Assembly (NCBI GenBank): GCA_958296135.2
Contig: CATQHZ020000001.1
Span: forward strand, 3,616,001 to 3,680,000
Length of the DNA stretch: 64,000 bases
Direction: 5' to 3'
From: an uncultured Poribacteria bacterium
GTDB taxonomy: Bacteria; Poribacteria; WGA-4E; WGA-3G
The position numbers and the translations under genes were made by a program. A model generated the notes under the pieces. The model saw only the letters and a program-made list of their open reading frames with translations, had not been told where the DNA came from and searched no databases. The first letter of the stretch is position 1, and every line of letters begins with the position of its first letter. Below, piece by piece: positions 1-6,939 of the stretch.

Positions 1-118
1 ATAAATTGTGGTAATATATAGTATCAGAATTTTTTAAACGCTTTGCTGCGACGCACGTCTTAAGTTGCAGAGAAAAGGCGAAATAGACTTCACAACCGAA
101 AGATTTGGGATTTGAATA

Positions 119-280
119 ATGCAGACGTTTGAACATACCACCTTATTTACCGCACACACCGACCGGGGCCTGTTCGCACCCGCTTCCTTACGGTATGGCT
201 ATACCTACGCCTGGACGCTCTTTGCGCTCGGGGTGTATCTCTATTTGTACCTCGGCCGTGGGTGGTGTAAGGTTCGTTAG
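119..280 (+). CDS. Aromatic-rich leader peptide (53 aa) of the DAHP synthase gene
   Basis: ATG at 119 to TAG at 278-280 translates as MQTFEHTTLFTAHTDRGLFAPASLRYGYTYAWTLFALGVYLYLYLGRGWCKVR (6 Tyr, 4 Phe, 2 Trp). It precedes a terminator and the DAHP synthase gene and is not in the ORF track. Confidence 0.75.
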   Translation: MQTFEHTTLFTAHTDRGLFAPASLRYGYTYAWTLFALGVYLYLYLGRGWCKVR

Positions 281-317
281 CAATCACGTTTTGTTTTAAC
301 CGATCCCATCGCTTATC

Positions 318-357
318 ACCCAACGTCGAAACCCGTTCGATGTTGGGTATTTTTTTT
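318..357 (+). terminator. Intrinsic terminator (attenuator) upstream of aroF
   Basis: 13-bp stem ACCCAACGTCGAA/TTCGATGTTGGGT (one G-U), 5-nt loop, followed by A and a T8 run. Confidence 0.85.
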
Positions 358-522
358 AACGGACTGGAGCGTAGCCGAGGTTCCGTAGGCGCGATTGCAA
401 ATCATGCTTATAAAGCATGGAAACCGCACCTACCGGAAATTGGCGAATTCGCGTCCAGCCTATTGAATAGTTCGGCAGCGTTGGATGCAACGCAGTTATG
501 TGTCGGAGGGACATTGGAAACC

Positions 523-1539
523 ATGGTAATCGTTACCAAGACAGATGCAACAGCGGAACAAATCGGCACTGTTGTCAAACGCATCGAGGCAGCGGGGTTG
601 AAAGCGCAAATCTCGACCGGCGAACAACACACCGTCATCGGTGTTATCGGCGATAAATCGCTGCTCGGCGACATCCCGATCGAGTCAATGTCAGGCGTTG
701 AACGGACAATGCCCATCACCGCCCCGTTCAAATTGGCGAGCCGTCAGTTTCGGGAGGAACCGACTATCGTTGCTGTCAACGGCACGAAGTTTGGTGGGAA
801 GCAGCTCCCCGTCATCGCCGGCCCGTGTGCCGTAGAGAGCACGGAACAGATTGTCACTATCGCGAAGTTAGTGAAAAACGCGGGCGCGAGTTTCATCCGG
901 GGCGGCGCATTCAAGCCGCGCACCGGCCCCTATAGTTTCCAAGGCTACGGCAAAAGCGCGCTCAAGATGCTCAAGGCCGCCAAAGAGGAAACCGGGCTCA
1001 GCATCGTCACCGAAGTCATGACACCGCACGAAGTGGAACTCGTCGGAGAATGGACAGACGTATTCCAGCTGGGGACGCGGAACATGACGAATTTCTACCT
1101 ACTACGTGAGATAGGTAGAGCCCAGAAGCCGGTTATCCTCAAGCGCGGTATGGCCTCAACGATTGAGGAATGGCTGCTCGCCGCCGAATACATCCTCGCC
1201 GAAGGAAATCCGGATGTGATTCTGTGCGAGCGCGGCATCCGCACCTTTGAGACGCACACCCGCAACACGCTCGACCTCAATGCAGTGCCGGTGGTTCACG
1301 AACTGAGTCACCTGCCCATCATCGTTGACCCGAGCCACGGCACCGGCATCCGGAGCCTCGTCAGCGATATGACGAAGGCTTCTGTCGCCTCCGGCGCGGA
1401 TGGACTGCTGCTGGAAGTACATCACGATCCAGATCATTCCATGACAGGAGATGGCGCGCAGTCGTTGTTCCCAGACCAGTTCACGCAGTTAATGCAGGAA
1501 CTGAAGCCGATTGCCATCGCTGTCGGCCGTGAGATATAA
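523..1539 (+). CDS. aroF: 3-deoxy-7-phosphoheptulonate (DAHP) synthase, type I-beta with N-terminal regulatory domain
   Basis: Motifs [39 protein letters not shown]. Start moved to ATG 523 (MVIVTK) because the longer ORF start lies inside the terminator. Confidence 0.93.
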   Translation: MVIVTKTDATAEQIGTVVKRIEAAGLKAQISTGEQHTVIGVIGDKSLLGDIPIESMSGVERTMPITAPFKLASRQFREEPTIVAVNGTKFGGKQLPVIAGPCAVESTEQIVTIAKLVKNAGASFIRGGAFKPRTGPYSFQGYGKSALKMLKAAKEETGLSIVTEVMTPHEVELVGEWTDVFQLGTRNMTNFYLLREIGRAQKPVILKRGMASTIEEWLLAAEYILAEGNPDVILCERGIRTFETHTRNTLDLNAVPVVHELSHLPIIVDPSHGTGIRSLVSDMTKASVASGADGLLLEVHHDPDHSMTGDGAQSLFPDQFTQLMQELKPIAIAVGREI

Positions 1540-1551
1540 GCGAATGGGGTT

Positions 1552-1625
1552 CGTAGCGCGAGGGCCCGTCCCTCGCGCTACGGTATCACGTGAGGCACGC
1601 GGCGGACAAGCCCCCGCTCTACGGT
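1552..1625. repeat. Pair of REP-like GTAG palindromes (family A)
   Basis: CGTAGCGCGAGGG-CCCGT-CCCTCGCGCTACG perfect hairpin plus a degenerate copy; relatives occur throughout the window. Confidence 0.8.
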
Positions 1626-1690
1626 ATTATACCAAATTAGGTTGATTTGGTATTAGGGCGGCTTAGCGAAAGAGGAAGGAGGAAAAATCC

Positions 1691-3250
1691 GTGGACGATT
1701 TTGAAGCGAACCAAGAACAAGAAAAAGTCTATATTTTCGATACTACACTGCGCGATGCCGAGCAAACGCCCGGTGCCGCACTGGGTATCGAAGAAAAACT
1801 GGAGATTGCAAAACACCTCGCCAAACTGAACGTGGATGTCATCGAGGCAGGCTTTCCTATCTCCTCACCCGGCGACTTTGATGCCGTGCAACGCATCGCG
1901 AACGAAGTAGAGGGCCCTGAGATTTGCGGACTCTCCCGCGTCGTGGAAAAGGACATCACGGCGGCGTGGAAAGCCATTGAGGACGCGCCGCGCGCCCGCA
2001 TCCATACTTTCGTCGGCACATCGCCGATTCACATGGGACGCATTACGCGCACAACACCGGAAGACACGCTGCGGATGGCTGTGGATGCAGTCGCTTACGC
2101 GAAGAGTTTGTGCACCAAACATCCGGATGCCACTGTTGAATTCTCGCCGATGGACGCAGGACGCACCGAACCGGCGTTCCTCTATAAAATTGTAGAAGCT
2201 ACCATCGCTGCTGGCGCAACCGTTGTCAATATCCCAGAAACCGTCGGCTGGACGGTGCCAGCTGAATTCGGAAACCTCATCGCGGGCATCAGAAAGCACG
2301 TCCCGAATATTGACGATGCCATTATCAGCATCCACTGCCACAACGATTTAGGGCTCGCCGTCGCGAACAGCCTTGAGGCGATTCAGCAAGGCGCACGACA
2401 GGTGGAGTGCACTATCAATGGGCTCGGCGAACGCGCCGGGAATACCTCGCTAGAAGAAGTCGTCATGGCAATCCGGACCCGGCGCGATTATTTCAAAGGA
2501 TACTACACCGACATTAACGCCAAAGAAATCGTGCCGATTAGCCGACGTGTAAGCCGCACGATGGGTATCGCGGTGCAACCCAACAAAGCCATTGTCGGCG
2601 CGAACGCCTTCGCGCATAGCTCGGGCATCCATCAAGACGGTATCATTAAATCGCGCGTCACCTTTGAAATCATCGATCCGAAGGAGATCGGCTGGAAGGA
2701 AAGCCAGTTGATTCTGAGCCCGCGTTCTGGACGGAACGCTCTCAAGCATCGCCTCAGCGAACTCGGTTACGAAGTGCCACCGGAGCAGTTAGACAAAGTC
2801 TACGAACGCTTCCTGAAGGTGGCAGACAAGAAAAAGGCCGTTCATGACGCAGACCTCGAGGCGATTATGAGCGACGAAATCCGAGCCGTGCCATCAGTCT
2901 TTGAGTTGGATTACATCCAGGTCGTGAGCGGTACCAAGATTTCGCCGACAACCACCGTCGGTGTTAAGACAGAGGATGGCGTTGTTGAAAACGCTTCTAC
3001 CGGCGACGGCCCCGTCGATGCCGCCTTCAAAGCAATAGGACAGATTGTCAACATTCAACTGAACCTGATTGACTATCAGATCCGTTCGGTAACGGAAGGC
3101 GAGGATGCCATCGGCGAGGTCTCGCTGAAAGTGCAGGACAACGGGCATATCATCACCGGCACCGGTGCAAGCACGGACATCATCGAAGCGAGTGCCAAGG
3201 CATATATCCATGCTGTCAATAAGTTGATTCAACTCCGCACGGAGCGGTAA
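1691..3250 (+). CDS. leuA: 2-isopropylmalate synthase
   Basis: IFDTTLRD, EAGFP, HCHNDLG, GLGERAGN, HSSGIHQDG and a C-terminal regulatory domain (GDGPVDA). GTG start with AGGAGG RBS. Confidence 0.95.
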   Translation: MDDFEANQEQEKVYIFDTTLRDAEQTPGAALGIEEKLEIAKHLAKLNVDVIEAGFPISSPGDFDAVQRIANEVEGPEICGLSRVVEKDITAAWKAIEDAPRARIHTFVGTSPIHMGRITRTTPEDTLRMAVDAVAYAKSLCTKHPDATVEFSPMDAGRTEPAFLYKIVEATIAAGATVVNIPETVGWTVPAEFGNLIAGIRKHVPNIDDAIISIHCHNDLGLAVANSLEAIQQGARQVECTINGLGERAGNTSLEEVVMAIRTRRDYFKGYYTDINAKEIVPISRRVSRTMGIAVQPNKAIVGANAFAHSSGIHQDGIIKSRVTFEIIDPKEIGWKESQLILSPRSGRNALKHRLSELGYEVPPEQLDKVYERFLKVADKKKAVHDADLEAIMSDEIRAVPSVFELDYIQVVSGTKISPTTTVGVKTEDGVVENASTGDGPVDAAFKAIGQIVNIQLNLIDYQIRSVTEGEDAIGEVSLKVQDNGHIITGTGASTDIIEASAKAYIHAVNKLIQLRTER

Positions 3251-3302
3251 GCTGCGATTCACCGGAAGTGGCTGCACAAGCCTCTTCCGGTTTTTAAGCG
3301 AA

Positions 3303-3331
3303 TTGCCAACAATTGCGAGATATGGTAAATT
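3303..3331 (+). promoter_or_regulatory. Sigma70-like promoter of the toxin-antitoxin pair (probably leaderless)
   Basis: TTGCCA-17nt-TAAATT with TG extension, ending 6 nt before ATG 3338, which has no SD. Confidence 0.55.
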
Positions 3332-3337
3332 GTCTCC

Positions 3338-3712
3338 ATGGCACAGACACGAATTGTCTATTATCGAGAAGCGAGCGGACAGATCCCAATGCAGCGATGG
3401 TTTAACGGTTTGCCAGAGGATTCACGTACAACCTGCCGCGAAGCAGTAGTCAAACTGCAGAAGTTAGGTAAGACACTTGGTTTTCCACACACGCACCCTC
3501 TGCGGGGCGGAATCCATGAACTTCGGGTGAGAGTGCGGAGACTCAGGTACCGGATATTCTACTTTTGGCACGGTGGGACTGTTGTTCTCACACACGGCAT
3601 CGCGAAGAAGAGCGCGGCTGTCCCCCGACGCGAAATAACTCGCGCGCTAAAACGCAAACGGCAGTTTGAGCAAAACCCGACGCTATATACTCAGGAGGTT
3701 GACAATGGGTGA
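3338..3712 (+). CDS. RelE/ParE-superfamily (Gp49-like) type II toxin
   Basis: YYREASGQIP..WF, FPHTHPLRGGIHELRVR, YRIFYF, VVLTHGIAKKS..VPRREI pattern; overlaps the downstream HTH gene. Confidence 0.85.
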   Translation: MAQTRIVYYREASGQIPMQRWFNGLPEDSRTTCREAVVKLQKLGKTLGFPHTHPLRGGIHELRVRVRRLRYRIFYFWHGGTVVLTHGIAKKSAAVPRREITRALKRKRQFEQNPTLYTQEVDNG

Positions 3713-4538
3713 AAATAGGCAGATTACGGATGCGATTGAGATTATGGACAAACTCTATTTTACTCATCCGAGTCCCGAGACGCTGGCACTCCTAGACAAA
3801 GCGGAAATCAACGGCGAAATCGCGCAACATGTCTACGATTTACGCAGATGCAGTCAGCGAACCCGAGCGGAATTCGCGGAAATCGTCGGGCTTTTCCCCA
3901 GTGACATTGAAGATTTGGAGGAATCGGCTTATGAAGACAACCCGCTCGCGGTGCTAGCGCAGATTGAGAAGGCGTTCCTCAAATTCTTTGAGACATGGGG
4001 GACACCTGCCAAAACGCTCTACGCAAACGCGCTGCTCAACACGACGATAACCGGGTTTAAATTCAGGTATTTTCGTTACCATCTCGGAAGGACAGCACCT
4101 CTCAACGGCACTTGTGCAGTAAGAAAGCCCTCCCAGTCTCAAATTCTGAGGGAACCGCAAACGGTTCAATTCCTCCTTTCGGAGTTAGAACCGTGGCAGC
4201 ACTCACTCGGAATTACCCGAGACAAACTGACAATCTTCGCCCGCGCCGGCATCACGGAATGGTGCAACCTTGATGGCAATTTCTACATTGTGTTCACCGG
4301 TGATGCGAATGAGCACATTCGCGCCGTGGATGTCCACAAACAGGGCATCGATGCGCTCGTGCAATATCTCCGCACCGGCGAACGCACAGCCTTGAAACAG
4401 TGGCGGCAGGATATTGGGTTCCAGGAAGAATCCCGCTACGTCAGGGAGTTGGAAGAGGCACTCCGCGACAGGACGTTCGCCGAATTTCCGGATACAGAGC
4501 AGCTCGTGATGCATCTCGTCGCGTTTGTGAAGTCGTAA
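3705..4538 (+). CDS. XRE/HTH antitoxin (HigA-like) with long C-terminal extension
   Basis: ATG 3705 after a GGAGG RBS. HTH-like segment IAQHVYDLRR..TRAEFAEIVG..IEDLEE..LAQIEKAF, followed by ~170 unassigned residues. Confidence 0.7.
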   Translation: MGENRQITDAIEIMDKLYFTHPSPETLALLDKAEINGEIAQHVYDLRRCSQRTRAEFAEIVGLFPSDIEDLEESAYEDNPLAVLAQIEKAFLKFFETWGTPAKTLYANALLNTTITGFKFRYFRYHLGRTAPLNGTCAVRKPSQSQILREPQTVQFLLSELEPWQHSLGITRDKLTIFARAGITEWCNLDGNFYIVFTGDANEHIRAVDVHKQGIDALVQYLRTGERTALKQWRQDIGFQEESRYVRELEEALRDRTFAEFPDTEQLVMHLVAFVKS

Positions 4539-4563
4539 ACAAGTCTGACGCAGCCTCAACCCC

Positions 4564-4590
4564 GTAGGCGCGGTTTGTAACCGCGCCTAC
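4564..4590. repeat. REP-like palindrome (family B)
   Basis: GTAGGCGCGGTT-TGT-AACCGCGCCTAC; relatives at ~10818, ~12476, ~48762 and ~56419. Confidence 0.8.
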
Positions 4591-4609
4591 CAGGCCAAGG
4601 TTTGCAAGT

Positions 4610-4688
4610 CTTGACAACGTCAAGACGGCCTGTTAAAGGTGGTTCTACGCCAAGTCAACGTCAAACCACCGCTAGAAAATACGAAAAT
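4610..4688. repeat. 79-bp dispersed repeat, copy 1
   Basis: CTTGACAACGTCAAGACGGCCTG..CCAAGTCAACGTCAAACCACCGCTAGAAAATACGAAAAT; similar copy of the same length at 6382-6460. Confidence 0.85.
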
Positions 4689-6214
4689 TACCAATCTTCG
4701 ACTAACTGCACCAACAACCGCACGCCATAACCCGATGCCCCCTCAGGGATATAGGTAGAACCCTTCATTCCCCAAGCCGTGCCGGCGATGTCAAGATGCA
4801 CCCACGGGTAATCTTCGACGAACTTCTTCAAGAACGCACCGCCCGCAATCGTGCCAGCGGTGCCATCGCCGATATTCTGCACATCGGCAACTTTGCTCTT
4901 GATGCCCTCATCGTAATCGTCCCACAGCGGCAATTCCCAAACGCGCTCGTGCGTCTTTTCCGCGGCAGCCTTGACTTTGTCCATTAACGCCGGATCGGTG
5001 CCCATCGCGCCCGCAGCGACATGCCCAAGACACGTAATCACGGCACCGGTGAGCGTCGCCAGATCGATAACGCCTTGCGGGTTATACTGCGCTATCCATC
5101 CGAGGGCATCCGCTAAAACCAGCCGTCCTTCCGCATCGGTGTTGAGAATCTCGATTGTCTTCCCGCCGTAGGAAGTAACAACATCGCCCGGTTTAATCGC
5201 GGTGCCGCTCGGCATGTTTTCTGTCGCGGCGATAACACCGATAACATGCACGTTCGGTTTCAGCTGTCCGATCGCCTGCATCGCGCCGAGGACCGCGGCT
5301 GCACCCGACATGTCGTGTTTCATCTCGTGCATGCCTTTTCCAGCCTTGAGCGAAATCCCACCCGTATCAAAGGTGATGCCTTTCCCGACAAGGACGACGG
5401 TATCTTGCCCTGACACCGTAGCGCGGGAGCCTGTCCCCCGCGTTCCCTCACCTTCCGGAAGATACTCCAAAATGATAAACCGCGGTTCCTCAACGCTGCC
5501 TTGTGCGACAGCAAGGAGTGTGCGGAATCCTTTCTCCTCCAGCGTGGTCTTGTCAAACACTTCACAACGAAGCCCATTTTCGGCGGCGACATTCTCTGCC
5601 TTTTCGGCGAGTTGCACCGGTGTGAGATGGTTCGCCGGCTGATTGCTCAAATTGCGGGCGAGCATCGTACCCTCGGCGATGGTTTGACCGCGGTGAGCGG
5701 CGCGTTCCACCATCGGCCTGCTTGGCCCACTCTCAGCGAGAAAGGTGATGGAATCAAGCCGCTTCTCATCATCGTCTTCCTGCACGGTTTTGTGCTGATT
5801 GAATTGGTAAAGCGCGAGCAAAATCGCTTCCGCCGCTGCCTGAACCATATTCCCCGGGTCTGGGACTTCGTCGGGGATCAGGAACGTTGCGGTTTTCAAC
5901 CCCATGTCACGCACGGACTTCGCTGCGTGGCCGGCAACCTGTCGCACCTTTTCCACGGTCAACTCATGATATGCACCAAACCCTACCAAGAGGACGCGAG
6001 GCGCGGTCATTGCGCCGCGGGTATAGAGCAGACTCGTGCTTTTCATCTTGCCTTTGAAGTCACCCAGCTCTATCAATTCGCGAATGCGCCCGCCTAATGC
6101 CTCGTCGGCGAGGTGGAGGTATCCACTATAGAAATCGGGATTTTCTAGCATACCCATGACAACGACATCGGTTTCTTCTCTCCGAAAATCCCCAGTTTTG
6201 ACAGCAATGTTCAT
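4688..6214 (-). CDS. pepA: Leucyl aminopeptidase (M17)
   Basis: VGKGITFDTGG, MKHDMSGAA, NTDAEGRLVLAD, DLATLTGA, WVHLDIAG. Confidence 0.95.
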   Translation of the reverse strand: MNIAVKTGDFRREETDVVVMGMLENPDFYSGYLHLADEALGGRIRELIELGDFKGKMKSTSLLYTRGAMTAPRVLLVGFGAYHELTVEKVRQVAGHAAKSVRDMGLKTATFLIPDEVPDPGNMVQAAAEAILLALYQFNQHKTVQEDDDEKRLDSITFLAESGPSRPMVERAAHRGQTIAEGTMLARNLSNQPANHLTPVQLAEKAENVAAENGLRCEVFDKTTLEEKGFRTLLAVAQGSVEEPRFIILEYLPEGEGTRGTGSRATVSGQDTVVLVGKGITFDTGGISLKAGKGMHEMKHDMSGAAAVLGAMQAIGQLKPNVHVIGVIAATENMPSGTAIKPGDVVTSYGGKTIEILNTDAEGRLVLADALGWIAQYNPQGVIDLATLTGAVITCLGHVAAGAMGTDPALMDKVKAAAEKTHERVWELPLWDDYDEGIKSKVADVQNIGDGTAGTIAGGAFLKKFVEDYPWVHLDIAGTAWGMKGSTYIPEGASGYGVRLLVQLVEDW

Positions 6215-6381
6215 AAATTCTCCTTAAGTTCAGAGCGCGAGGGCCCGGCGAGCGCGAATCGCCGAGGGTTCCCCTCGCGATGGTGATGAACGGGCGGATA
6301 GAGAATCCGCCCTTACAATGTGTGCTCGTTAGGCAGATATAGGCATCCGCGCCTATTTAAAATTGGATAAAAAACGTAAGG

Positions 6382-6460
6382 CTTGACAACGTTAAGACGG
6401 CCTGGTAAAGGAAGTCATTTTCCAAGTCTACGTCAAACTACCGCTAGGAAATACGAAAAT
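6382..6460. repeat. 79-bp dispersed repeat, copy 2 (overlaps the cupin stop codon)
   Basis: Direct repeat of 4610-4688. Confidence 0.85.
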
Positions 6461-6758
6461 GCCGCATCCCGGTTAAAACTAACAGCGGCTCCTCACTTGT
6501 GACGGTGAGAGAGTGGTAGGTGTTCGCGGGGACATCAATCCGGTCGCCGGGTCCAGCAGTGCCTTGTTCATCCGCTACTTCAACCTCCGCGGTCCCCGAT
6601 AACACACAAACAACCTCGTCTTGACTGTGGATGTAGTTGAGGTAGGCACCGCCGGGGCGGCCCGTCCATTCGTAGGCATCGAAGCCTTCGGAGTGCAACT
6701 GCTTTTTTAGCGCGTCAATATCCTCGCTTTGATCTGTCCAACGTGATTTCCAATTCAT
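6444..6758 (-). CDS. Small cupin-domain protein
   Basis: H..DEVVCVLSG..GPGDRIDVPANTYH cupin motifs; AAGGAGG RBS. Confidence 0.8.
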   Translation of the reverse strand: MNWKSRWTDQSEDIDALKKQLHSEGFDAYEWTGRPGGAYLNYIHSQDEVVCVLSGTAEVEVADEQGTAGPGDRIDVPANTYHSLTVTSEEPLLVLTGMRHFRIS

Positions 6759-6790
6759 CGCATATCCTCCTTAACTTCTCAGTTTTCGGT

Positions 6791-6924
6791 GGACGAAAGC
6801 CTCTTCCGGTAGGAGGGACCTCCTGGTCCCGATTAGGAGGAACCTCATCGGGCAGAGGCCTGTCCCCCGCAATCCCTCAAGGACGAAAGCCTCTTCTAGT
6901 AGGAGGGACCTCCTGGTCCCGATA
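6791..6924. repeat. Tandem REP-like cluster (family D, ~90-nt period)
   Basis: GGACGAAAGCCTCTTC..GTAGGAGGGACCTCCTGGTCCCGAT at 6791 and 6881. Confidence 0.8.
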
Positions 6925-6939
6925 GCAAACTGAATCGCC

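Noticed and set aside
340-522. 61-aa N-terminal extension of DAHP synthase in the ORF track
   Set aside because: It starts inside the terminator hairpin and crosses a T-run and a REP-like palindrome; family similarity begins at ATG 523.
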